Shown: positions 22,561-34,410, counted from the whole stretch's first letter. The stretch: 63,162 nt of DNA, filler included, from Lenisia limosa (GCA_001655205.1; 18 parts of 18 records of this genome joined end to end with filler, not necessarily neighbours in it), one strand, 5' to 3'. Numbers and translations are program-made. The notes: generated by a model not told the origin, from the letters alone.

Positions 22561-25500
22561 GCTCATGGCAGCGGCGTTGACATAGGGTCTCGCATCCATG
22601 ATATGAAGACTCTCAGGAGAGCAGACAATCTGCAAACAATGAGATAAATGCTACCTCAATGTAGAGATGGGGGTTCGGCTTCACTTTCGTTCTTAAAAAG
22701 ACTGAATTCTTGAAAAATCATCTAAAAAATCGATATTTTACCAGTCTTTTTCGGACCGGCGGGAATNNNNNNNNNNNNNNNNNNNNNNNNNNNNNNNNNN
22801 NNNNNNNNNNNNNNNNNNNNNNNNNNNNNNNNNNNNNNNNNNNNNNNNNNNNNNNNNNNNNNNNNAATCCGTAGATCCTTTGTATTTGAAGATTCCTTCC
22901 CACCTCACACAACGTCAGGATTTTTAATAGGTTTTTTTAAACAAGAGAAATAATATACATTAGAAATCTAGGGAAACAAGCTTTTGGAGAAACAAGCAAT
23001 TCACCAAAATAACATATTGAAATCTTTCATATTTTATTAATTAAGTGCAAAATTTGAAGGCATTTTGTCATGAAAACTCCATTTCAGACACGTTCATTTC
23101 AAATTTTGTCAATTAATTTCTTCAAAAAAATAATTGCACAGAGCTCTACTATTATGTAGCAAACCCTTTCTCACATACTCATCTTTTCTCTCCCACACAC
23201 ACACACACAAACCTGTTGGCAAGCCGAGGGCGGAGTGAACCATCCGTCACTAGCAAACTTCCAGTGAAAAGTCTGAGATAAATCGTCCGAACTCGAAGAT
23301 AAGCGGATAGTTGGCAGCATTTCCTCCTCTTCCTCCTAAGCGTCAAATAAAGAAGTCCAAGTCTATTATGAACCAGACTACTGTCTGAATGAAAAATATG
23401 AGAGCTTCGCTTCCGTACAGATAAAAAAACACTTACTACGACACATGTATATGTATCGATAATAGAGGATTGATTGTACATGCCTGTCTACTAATGACAT
23501 GCGATATTAATGCATACAACACTTAATGCAGACAACACCAGGTACATAATAGATCTATGATGCCGCTCTACCTGTTCATTATCAGCATCATCATTGTCGT
23601 CATTAGCCGAAGTGAATAGCTCATTGGGATCTTTCTCGTCAGTATACTCGGGCTCAACTCTCACTGGAGGCTCTGAAGGATATCAGTATTTGCGTTTTTG
23701 GTTAAATGAGCAGAGTTGAGGTTTTATTAGGTACCCTGACGTTAGTTTGTAAAAGAATAGTGAAATTCATTACATATCATATGATATGATATGAGATAGT
23801 GATATTGAAATAGTTACCTTCGTGTCTAATATTACATCGAGATAATGATGTGTCTGTTTATCCTCATTTACTACTCTAAACAATCACGCTTTACCTTTGC
23901 CCGAGGTCGGCTCCATTCCAACACAATCGTCATCATCAGCATCACTGAGATCACTCAGATCGAATTTCGAGAAGCGATCCTTCGGCTGGCTCAGGTTAGG
24001 CAGGCCGGTTTTCTTCTTAGGCGGTGCAGATGAAGGAAGTCCCCGGGACGGGAGGGGTTTTGACGGCGGTTTGCCAAAAGGAGGGGGCTTGTTGGGTTTT
24101 CGAGGAGAAAGCGGAGTTGTCTTATTGGGAAGGGGAGGAGTTGCCTTATTAGGAAGGGGAGGAGTTGCCTTTTTGGGACAAGGCGGGAGGGCTTTTCCGG
24201 GCGGAGTGTTTGGAAGAGGGGCGGCGGGAGGCGAGCGAATTGGCGGCGTTGCGGAAGATTTCTCGGGGAGTTTCCGGGGTAATTTCTTCTCGCGAGCAAT
24301 AGCGGGGGAGACAGAAGGGACCCTGGGCCTTCGCGCTGAAATTGCCTTATGGAGAAGAACTCTCTGCTCGTCAGTTACTAAAAGGGGAGCGGGCGTGTAG
24401 GGCGAAATGGCACCATATTGCGAAATACGCTGCGACAGAGACACTTTTGGGGCACTTTCCTCTTTTGGGGCGGAAGCTGTCGCTGGACCTTCCTCTTTTG
24501 GCAATGCGTCATCCAGAAGCGGGGGAGAAGGAAGGCGAGGCGTATTGGGCGACGGTAATGGGTCACCCATGCCAGACTCAACCGACTTTTCCGACGGGTC
24601 GTTTCGGCGTGCTGACTGAAGCATCGACATTTTGAGGGCGAGCAAACCTGGGGTGTTGGAAGTGGGAAGGGGATATTAAACATATCATGCCATAAAGCAC
24701 AAAACAAACCAGAAAAACCGTAAAAAATCAAGAATTTATCATTAGCAGGAGAGGGAATATACGAATATACAAGGGGGGGATATGTAATATACCTGAAGTA
24801 CAATGAAGTGTACAATTAGGGATTCACTTCGGTTCAAAAAAAGACTGAATTCCTCGATAAATCCTCGAAAGCTATCAATATTTTCCCAGTCTTTATGTTA
24901 CCGAAGTGAAGTCCTATGTACAATTACCCATGCTGAAATAATTATGACTTCAGAGAAGACCTCCTCCCATAAAGTCAATGTAAAGCAACAAACAGAAAAG
25001 AGAATATGTCTAGTCCATGTACAAGACTTGAGTCATATTTTGTTAATCGATGCTTCTGCGGGTAGTCTGATTTCTGCAGGTAGTCTGATTATTTTTTCTG
25101 GGAAACTATTTCTTTAATACTGTACATCATGTTACCCAGTAAGTTGCCTAGTAAAATCTATCCATTCTTGTTTGAAGTCAAGGATATGGACTCTGTGTAA
25201 TGATATAACTTTTGCAACTTTCAAGAGTTTGGCGAGCTGTATTGTTTGGAATTACACGTGTCGGAACGTATTTCATTTTGGTAAGGTTTTCTAAAGGCAT
25301 CGTGGCCTAAAGCAGGAAGCGGTCTTCCATTTATCTTCAAGGATTATTTTTTATTCAAATTTCAAGTAGAATTATTGATCAAAAACGCCATTTCAGCTTT
25401 ACTTTGAACTGTTTCACTTAAACTGGTAAAAAAAAAGGAACAAAACGGTTTCAGACTTAGGTGAAGATCTGCGAGTTAGCGGGAAAGCAAACGGGGGACT

Positions 25501-27438
25501 AGGAGGAGCAGCCTTTCTCCGTTGAATTGGTAGAATCGCTTTTAACTTGCTTCAACTTGAACTATTACTCGCCTTCCTCCGTTATTATAGGATGAACATT
25601 TCGTTGTCTGACTTGGTTGTTTACAACTGTGACTCGAGTGAATTCAAATACACAGACTCCGAATCAAAACACTTTACAATAAAGTATGTATGTGGGGAGG
25701 CTAGCAAGAGAGAATTTTTTTGGGTTGACATTAATGAATGTTTAATACAAGCGAAAAATAGAAACGAAATAGAAAATAGAAGAGAAATGAAGAAAGGAAA
25801 ACAAACTAAAAGAGAGAGCACCGTAATTTACTAAACACTGACAGCTACGAAGCACAAACCTGAAGGGTCATCAAGAGTGGTATTGTCGTCATCGTCGTCG
25901 CTCTCCCGTCCGCCGGGGATACCGGGGACCATATCTACCTCAGGAAGCGGCTAAGGGGGGAGGTCATGGACGTGGCAAATGAAGCTTGATTCCCCTTCCT
26001 ATGCATTTTGATAAAATTATGCGTAATAGCAGGGATTCACTTCGGTTCGTAAAATGACTGAATTTATCAATAAATCCTCGAAAACTATCGACATTTTACC
26101 AGTCTTTTCGAAGTGAAGTCAAACATAATAGCATTGATACTCTTTAAAACATGCACAAGGTGTGTAGTTATTTAGGCTCACCCCACCCCCCAAGTCAAAA
26201 TGCCCCACTTCATCCTCAGGCGCCTGGTCATTATCCTCATCATGGTGGCGGCGTCGGAAGATGTGCTTGAACTTCCGCTTTTTCAGAACGTCAGCATCCT
26301 CATCGGAACTCAGGTCCAGTTCACTAACAACCACATCCGCCTCTTCAACAAACGCTGAAGACTCCTGATTTTTATCAGAAGAAAATATATTCACCTATGT
26401 ATGTAGCTATATGTATTTTGAAATACTTGAGTTCAGATGGGAGTTCAATTACCATCCTAGAAAGATAGAGAAATGTACATGAATACAACAGATCCCAAGT
26501 CAATCAGAAGCATTTGTTGATTTGTTCACTATGAATACTATTAGAAGTCAGAGGAAAGTGTTAAACAGCTTCTCAAGTTTATAACACCACAAACCGGAGG
26601 AGTATGTCCGCCATGTTTCTCAGCCCTCGCAAGACGATAGCTCTGAAATGTAACAGGAATATCCATGATGGTATTTGTTTTGAAATTCAAACATAGCACC
26701 CTCCTCTCCCAAAATTTCACCTTTTCACAAGTAGGGCTTCACTTCGGTTCGAAAAAAGACAGAATTTCTCGATAAATCCTCAAAAACTATTGATATTTTC
26801 CCGAGTTTTTTTAGAACCGAAGTGAAGCTCTACTTCCAACTCACTTCCAAAGCCTCCATGGTAGACTGCAGCGTAGCATCATCCAAGGATCCTTTGAGGG
26901 AATGCGGAGCCAGGCGCATGACTATCTCGAGAAACGCTTCATCTCCCGACGATCGTGCTCTTTTCAGACCCGGCAGTGGCTGGCTGCGAAGGGGGGGGGG
27001 GGGGATTGAAAATGNNNNNNNNNNNNNNNNNNNNNNNNNNNNNNNNNNNNNNNNNNNNNNNNNNNNNNNNNNNNNNNNNNNNNNNNNNNNNNNNNNNNNN
27101 NNNNACATATCAATGGAGATGAGCAAAATTGTAAGTGAACAATGAAACAAGAAAAAACTCAAAATCAACTCTGCTGGCAAAGTGGAAAACATAGAAGAGT
27201 TTGAACAAACCCAAAAAAACCCCACACAAAATCGCTACAAACAATAAAACAAAACAGCAAACCAGATCTCCAAAAATGATAATATAAGCCTCAACCCCTT
27301 AACCTTCATCTTTGTTAATCTTTAAAAAAAGACTGCCGCCGCCTCCAACCTAGACCTCAGTAAAGGCGCGCCATTTGGTGACAGATAAGTGAGGGCAGGA
27401 AACCGCTCACGAGACCTGAAGGCCGAACTTGCTTTTGC
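22561..27438 (-). CDS. Myotubularin-family phosphoinositide phosphatase, partial, with a very large low-complexity insert
   Basis: Exon 27350-27438 (AFRSRERFPALTYLSPNGAPLLRS) joins 26845-26983 (SQPLPGLKRARSSGDEAFLEIV). Exon 22561-22629 reads SLHIMDARPYVNAAAMS. These match the myotubularin FRSxxRxP, RxSQP and DARPxxNA motifs. Acidic and Pro-rich exons (23895-24647) lie between them. Confidence 0.78.
24819..24914. mobile_element. Family A MITE, full length (96 bp), TA-flanked
   Basis: TA|gggattcacttcggttc...ccgaagtgaagtcc|TA. Confidence 0.9.
26032..26120. mobile_element. Family A MITE
   Basis: gggattcacttcggttcg...cttttcgaagtgaagtc, in a myotubularin intron. Confidence 0.85.
26734..26830. mobile_element. 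Family A MITE, full length (97 bp), TA-flanked
   Basis: TA|gggcttcacttcggttcgaaaaaagac...ttagaaccgaagtgaagctc|TA, about 14 nt from the minus-strand donor at 26844. Confidence 0.9.
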
Positions 27439-27572
27439 CTGTGGGGGGGGGGGGNNNNNNNNNNNNNNNNNNNNNNNNNNNNNNNNNNNNNNNNNNNNTT
27501 AATTAATTAANNNNNNNNNNNNNNNNNNNNNNNNNNNNNNNNNNNNNNNNNNNNCCCCCCCCCCCCCTCCAG

Positions 27573-28622
27573 TTGGCTGCCGACTTTAGAACGCGTCATT
27601 GACAACATCGAATCCGACAAGGCCCACAGAGACTTCCGGCTCTGGCTGACTAGCAAGCCTTGGTGGGGTGTTATATTATGTATACCACATGAATATAGCA
27701 GCTGGGGCTTCACTTCGGTTCGAAAAAGACCGGTAAAATATCGGTAGTTTCCAAGGATTCATCGAGAATTCAATCATTTTTCGAACCGAAGTGAAGTCCA
27801 AATAGCAGAGGAGGAGTGTAAGTTAACCATGGTGGTGGGAGCCAAATCCTCTCAACAATGTCAGCTCCCCCCCCCCCCCCCCNNNNNNNNNNNNNNNNNN
27901 NNNNNNNNNNNNNNNNNNNNNNNNNNNNNNNNNNNNNNNNNNNNNNNNNNNNNNNNNNNNNNNNNNNNNNNNNNNNNNNNNNNNNNNNNNNNCTGTTTGT
28001 TGCTGTTTTTAGGAAATTTCGACCTCGCAGTTGCCAACAGAGTTGATTTTGGGCTTTTATTTGTTTTATAAATTTCCAATAATACCACCCCAGCTCCCCC
28101 CCCCCCTCTGTTTCATATATTTCCCAATTTACTCTCCAGTAAGCAGTTCCCGGTGTCAGTCTTGCAGAACAGTATCAAACTCACCAATGAACCGCCTAAG
28201 GGCATTCGAGCGAATATCCTCCAGGTTTGGGGTGGATGATGGATTAATTGAGCCTCGGTTAGGCTTACTTGCACACATGTACAGTGACCGGTATAAGTCT
28301 TGACCGATTTTCCTTGGGAAGTCATATAGCAAATTGATCAAGACTAATCCTGGTCACTGTATAAAGGACAACAAGAAACATGAAATAAAAATAGGCAGGC
28401 TTATAGCCAGTTATTACCAAGTGAAATGGTTTACAGCGTAAGTACCCATTAATAGTATACTATACTCCAATATCTTACAAGCTTGACGGCTTCGGCCAGA
28501 TAACCTTGTTTTAGTTCTCATCTTTTCGTATTTCCCATCAATCCATAGAGTCTTTTTGTGACGTTTTTCTTCAACAACTCAACCCTTAGGCCTACACCGC
28601 CATGGACGACAGCATTAATGAC
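27573..28622 (+). CDS. Dynein heavy chain fragment, AAA6 region
   Basis: Exons 27573-27662 (WLPTLERVIDNIESDKAHRDFRLWLTSKP), 28140-28224 (KQFPVSVLQNSIKLTNEPPKGIRANILQ) and 28590-28622 (AYTAMDDSIND). HxDFRLWLTS and TNEPPKG are dynein AAA6 motifs. Confidence 0.95.
27705..27799. mobile_element. Family A MITE, reverse orientation
   Basis: gggcttcacttcggttcgaaaaagaccggtaaaatatcg...tttttcgaaccgaagtgaagtcc. Confidence 0.9.
28282..28359. mobile_element. Family C MITE (78 bp), Tc1/mariner-like termini with TA flanks
   Basis: TA|cagtgaccggtataagtcttgaccgatt...aattgatcaagactaatcctggtcactg|TA. Confidence 0.85.
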
Positions 28623-29075
28623 GTAAGAGGGCCTTTCACAGACTTATTTGAAATCTGATTGATTTGTGTTTGTAAGTTCTTGTTAAGTTTTGGTTTTTTT
28701 TCTTTTTTTTTTTTTGTTGTTGTTTTGTTTTGTTTTTTTCGCTCTCTCTCTCTCTCTCTTCCGCCNNNNNNNNNNNNNNNNNNNNNNNNNNNNNNNNNNN
28801 NNNNNNNNNNNNNNNNNNNNNNNNNNNNNNNNNNNNNNNNNNNNNNNNNNNNNNNNNNNNNNNNNNNNNNNNNNNNNNNNNNNNNNNNNNNNNNNNNNNN
28901 NNNNNNNNNNNNNNNNNNNNNNNNNNNNNNNNNNNNNNNNNNNNNNNNNNNNNNNNNNNCTTTGATATTTCTATGATTACTCTTGTTATTGTTATTGTTA
29001 TTGTTAATTGCTGAACAGTTATTTTTGAGGATTTTTGGGTTCATCACCACACCCATATCACCCAAATAATAACTA

Positions 29076-29176
29076 GGGCTTCCCTACGATCCGAAAAAGA
29101 CCATTTAATATCAATATTTATCGAGGATTAATCGAGGATTTATCGAGATATTGGGACTTTTTTCGTAGGGAAGCCC
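29076..29176. mobile_element. Family B MITE (101 bp), TA-flanked
   Basis: TA|gggcttccctacg...cgtagggaagccc|TA. Confidence 0.9.
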
Positions 29177-29656
29177 TAATAATAACACANNNNNNNNNNN
29201 NNNNNNNNNNNNNNNNNNNNNNNNNNNNNNNNNTTAATTAATTAANNNNNNNNNNNNNNNNNNNNNNNNNNNNNNNNNNNNNNNNNNNNTCTATTGAAAC
29301 TAGGCTCATAAAGATAAAACTAAAATCATAAATAAAGTCTCTATTGAAAAGGAGTGGAGGGGTATAACTTCATCCCTCCACCCTATCGATTTTGGGCTTT
29401 TTAGGTTTCGAAAATTTTGCCTTATTATTTCTCTTGTTTTAAAAAAAACATAAAATACATTAGAAATCTAGGGAAAGAAAAAAAGAAAAAGGGATACCAT
29501 AAACAAATTGCCATGCCTCCGCGAATTTTATTCCCCCACCCCTATCACCCCTGCCGCCGCCTATCCCTTTCATTTATCCTACCCAACTTCTCTCCCCTCT
29601 AACTTTTCTTTTTATTGTTATTATTAATATTACAATCCCTTTTTGACCTGTTTTAG

Positions 29657-31551
29657 CCGATCTTGCTTTGACGTTGGAAGAAGGCACAGAAAACGAACAC
29701 TGTACGAAGAAGTTCGGTCCAACCAGTGGGGGGAGGGGCAATTTTGGTGATTAGTGTGGCATAATGAGGGGCTGGTGATAGTAGCATGATGGGCTGCGTG
29801 GGGGGAGGGGCGAGTGTATGAATGTTAGGAGGAGGGGGGTAATTCTGGCGTAACTTCAGAGGGAGATGATTCTAGGCATGATATGGCAGTATGTGTGGGG
29901 TAATAATGCTGAGAGTGAGGGGAGGAGAGGAGAGGAGAGGAGAGGAGANNNNNNNNNNNNNNNNNNNNNNNNNNNNNNNNNNNNNNNNNNNNNNNNNNNN
30001 NNNNNNNNNNNNNNNNNNNNNNNNNNNNNNNNNNNNNNNNNNNNNNNNNNNNNNNNNNNNNNNNNNNNNNNNNNNNNATCAAGAAAAGAAAATATATTGA
30101 AGAAATCCTCTGTATTTATTGATGATAGAAACATTAGTAATAGTGTTAGAGTTGGGGAGGGGCTGGAATAAGATGGTTGTGGTGACGAGTTCTTTAAGTA
30201 GCCACATCATCTTCAAACAAATGCACTGTTCACCCCTTTTCCCCCGTACAGATGCCTGCCTGACAGGAAGCAACCGTTTGGATGAAAGTGTTTTGGCCGT
30301 TGACGTTGCCCCAGGCACGTACACCCTCAATATCTATGAACCCATTGCACAGGTGGGGTATTCTTTTTAAACAAAAAGGGTGTGTTTGAAGGAGTATTGG
30401 ATGATTTTTCATGGCTGGCCTTTTTTTTTAATTCATTATTATGATATAAACAATTCAATATAGTTGTTATGGTTTGTATCTTGAGTGCACACCTGTAAAA
30501 TTAAACTGTTGTGACACACTTCTGCTTCTAAAACTATTTTTTTACATTTTGTTTTTGTTTTCAACCCTTGTGTGTTTCTCAAATCTTTAGCCTACAGAGT
30601 TGCTTCTGGGTTCNNNNNNNNNNNNNNNNNNNNNNNNNNNNNNNNNNNNNNNNNNNNNNNNNNNNNNNNNNNNNNNNNNNNNNNNNNNNNNNNNNNNNNN
30701 NNNNNNNNNNNNNNNNNNNNNNNNNNNNNNNNNNNNNNNNNNNNNNNNNNNNNNNNNNNNNNNNNNNNNNNNNNNNNNNNNNNNNNNNNNNNNNNNNNNN
30801 NNNTAACACAATCTCCAAATGTGCTGCGTTTGAGTTCGAAATGTCAGTGGAATATCGCGAGTTACCTCCCGACCTTTTCACTTGCCCTGCTCTGAGAATC
30901 CCGACTTCTTTTAATGATGAAGGTGGGGGGTGTATAGAATACAGTATATGCATATAGTAAAATATTATATGTATGATATATAATATCGTAGAAAAATGAT
31001 AAAAGAGGAGAAAGATGAAGGTGGGGTAAAGGTACAGTGACCGGGATCAGTTTTATTATATTTTCCTTGGGAAATCACATAGCAAATCGGTCAAGAATTT
31101 TCCTGGTCACTGTTTTATTGTTTGTCTGTTTCATAAATTCTTAATTTACCTTGACGCCAATATTCTTCATCCAAATTTCCTTCGTTTTACGCAGAAGTGA
31201 CTGGCCTGGGTTTTGTTTGTTATCAACCCTCGTATGTTGTCACAGAGTTGNNNNNNNNNNNNNNNNNNNNNNNNNNNNNNNNNNNNNNNNNNNNNNNNNN
31301 NNNNNNNNNNNNNNNNNNNNNNNNNNNNNNNNNNNNNNNNNNNNNNNNNNNNNNNNNNNNNNNNNNNNNNNNNNNNNNNNNNNNNNNNNNNNNNNNNNNN
31401 NNNNNNCAAGAAGGTGAAATGCACTTCCAGGAGGAGTTCTACGCTGATAGAGACTTAGAACTGAGCGTTGTTAAGTTTACTCTTAAAGTGGGAGTGGAGC
31501 TTTTTAGGAGTCTCCCAATTGGATAAACCAACGATCGATCTTCCTTCAAGC
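29657..31551 (+). CDS. Partial gene, probable extracellular beta-sandwich protein
   Basis: Exons DACLTGSNRLDESVLAVDVAPGTYTLNIYEPIAQ, CAAFEFEMSVEYRELPPDLFTCPALRIPTSFNDE and QEGEMHFQEEFYADRDLELSVVKFTLK have canonical donors. The product call is inference from composition. Confidence 0.55.
31035..31112. mobile_element. Family C MITE (78 bp)
   Basis: TA|cagtgaccgggatc...ttttccttgggaaatcacatagcaaatcggtcaagaattttcctggtcactg. Confidence 0.85.
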
Positions 31552-31861
31552 TCTTGGTTTATCCCTCCCCTTTGTTCTTAACCCTCGTGTGTTNNNNNNN
31601 NNNNNNNNNNNNNNNNNNNNNNNNNNNNNNNNNNNNNTTAATTAATTAANNNNNNNNNNNNNNNNNNNNNNNNNNNNNNNNNNNNNNNNNNNNGCCAGAT
31701 ACGCGGTCAAGGCCAAATACGCGGTCAAGGCCAAACTCGGCCACTTATATATAATATATACTTTTTATATATTATATATATGCATATTATATGATATAAT
31801 AGATACATACACATGCATATGATATATTATTATGATATAATATGTAAAACAAAAAATAAGA

Positions 31862-34410
31862 GCCACCTTCTTCTGCCTCAGTATTCTGCGCTCCTTCCGA
31901 CTTTGGTGCCTCTTATCTCGACTGTATCTCTCAACCCGGCTCTTTTCCTGAGGGGTCAAATTCCAAAATTTAATAAACAAAAGCCCAAAATCAACACTGG
32001 GGGGGGGGGGGTAANNNNNNNNNNNNNNNNNNNNNNNNNNNNNNNNNNNNNNNNNNNNNNNNNNNNNNNNNNNNNNNNNNNNNNNNNNNNNNNNNNNNNN
32101 NNNNNNNNNNNNNNNNNNNNNNNNNNNNNNNNNNNNNNNNNNNNNNNNNNNNNNNNNNNNNNNNNNNNNNNNNNNNNNNNNNNNNNNNNNNNNNNNNNNN
32201 NNNNNNNNNNNNNNNNNNNNNNNNNNNNNNNNNNNNNTGTTCATTTCAAAAAAAAAGTGATAATCACAAGACCAACAGAGCCCAGACCAACAGAGCCTAG
32301 ACCAACAGAGCCCAGACCAACAGAGCTCAGACCAACAGAGCCCAGACCAACCCCCCACTTCACCATGTTTGTTTGTTATTGTTTTTTTTGCTTGTTTGGA
32401 GTTTCAGATTATTTGGTTCGTGATTAGTACCTTTACACCAATATTCTTCGAAATTTCCTTCACCCCACCCTAGCCATGGCCGTGCGGCTTTGGTTTCTTC
32501 GATGTAAGAGGACAACGACGTCCTTAGGGGGGGCCTGGGCGTAGGTTGAAATATTATCTACACGGTTATTCTAAGCAAATAACGAGGGGAAATATCATGT
32601 TTAGTACAGCTCAAACTATTTTTCTATGACTCTGTGGAATTATTTTGAGAAATCAATTTCAAAATTGGAGTGGAATCTAAAATAAGTACAACCCCAAATC
32701 AGATACTAAAGTTTCAAATTTTGTCAATTCTCAACAAAATAATTACACAAAGTCCACAAGGGAAGAAATCTCAGTGATTAACCAAGAGACCCTCCCTTCC
32801 CACTCAGATTCCAGTCCTCTTTTTGGCCCAAAATGCCGACGTGAGTGCCTACTACCGTCCTGAGAGGTTACAGGGGGCTGAAGATCACAATCGCAATAAT
32901 ATAGACTTATCCCGGTCACTGTGCATATGAAATTGAAACTACTCCCTTTCTTGTAAATTGTAATACCCCACCCTTCCAACCATGCTCTGAGGGTACAATC
33001 GCGCGAACTCGTGATAATAATCCTGGGGGTGTAAGCCGTTCTGCATGATGCAGTGATTGTAGAGATGAGATATAAAAATAAAGTTTTATCTGGCNNNNNN
33101 NNNNNNNNNNNNNNNNNNNNNNNNNNNNNNNNNNNNNNNNNNNNNNNNNNNNNNNNNNNNNNNNNNNNNNNNNNNNNNNNNNNNNNNNNNNNNNNNNNNN
33201 NNNNNNNNNNNNNNNNNNNNNNNNNNNNNNNNNNNNNNNNNNNAGTAACTCTGAAAATGTAAGCAGATACACCATATGTTACGAAATTGTAAAAGCAAAA
33301 AAGAACCTCCCACTTTCCCCGAGTGGCAAAGCATATGGACGTGATAGGCTGCACGTGCGCGCGCCATCCCGCGCTCAAATAGAACTGCGGCTTTGGCGTA
33401 TCCTGTGGGGGGGGGGGNNNNNNNNNNNNNNNNNNNNNNNNNNNNNNNNNNNNNNNNNNNNNNNNNNNNNNNNNNNNNNNNNNNNNNNNNNNNNNNNNNN
33501 NNNAAAAAGACCGTGAATACCGACAGGTATCAAGGAATTATCGAGGAATTCGGTCAGTTTTGGGGACTAAAAGGAAGCTCTGGGTTATAAAAACACCACA
33601 TTTATTACTTCTTCTGTATTAACTAGAGACATCCCATTTTTAGAAGAGCCCAAACTTGGCTGACATCCCTCCATTGATGTTCTGAAATCTAATAGAGCAC
33701 TGTTGTCCTCAGCTAATAGAGCACTGTTTAGGTTCTGTGCAATTCCAACAAGTGAGCGGCTTACATCCATCTCAAAGGGGTCAATTTCGGGAACACTTGG
33801 GGCCTATGAAAGTTAGGCTGGAGGGGAGGCAAAGGAATATGGAAAATGAAACAGAAAAGCTCAAAATCAACTCGTAAGATGCAAATGATTGTTGATGAAA
33901 TATTAGGATTTTGGAACTCAATAAAAGCCAGGATGACAATATTGCATAGCCCAATGAATCGTTGCTGCAGCTGTGTTATTCAGATTTATTTTTATAAGTT
34001 GTAGCACATTTTAATCAATAATATACTCAATATTTCAAGCAAGCAAAATTTTCAGGGAGCTCACGAATTTGGGTGTGTGGTAGGGCTGGATCTTGCTTTT
34101 GGCAAAACGTTCAGTTCGACTCTGTTGCATTAGATACAGTAATTGCAGGGAGGGGGGGAGGAGGTGCAAAGAATGTTGACCACAAATTAACAGGCAACTT
34201 GATCGTGTGTGATCAAATTGACCTCAAATCAATAAGGCTAAGGAAGACTGGGGAGCTTGTTTTACTTGTTCCACAAGATTTGTAGTAATCTATTTCAATA
34301 GAAAAAGCCTACAGTCTGGTTCGTTTTCGGCTGTGGGAAGTTACTCAGCGTCCACACCCGCACATAGCCTAAAGCGTCGCCAGTTATCATGGTCGTGAAC
34401 CTGGGAGTGA
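31862..34410 (-). CDS. WD40-repeat protein, WDR49/WDR64-like C-terminal region, partial
   Basis: Exons FTTMITGDALGYVRVWTL, FYLSAGWRAHVQPITSICF, RIIITSSRDCTLRAW|TVVGTHVGILGQKEDWNL. The WT..G..VG..GQ...W.L tail resembles WDR49/64 (from memory). Confidence 0.7.
32270..32350 (+). repeat. 15-bp tandem repeat (agaccaacagagccc) x5
   Basis: Visible directly; intronic. Confidence 0.85.

Noticed and set aside
2130-28622. The two dynein fragments as one gene
   Set aside because: They sit on different linker-separated contigs with unrelated genes on both strands in between.
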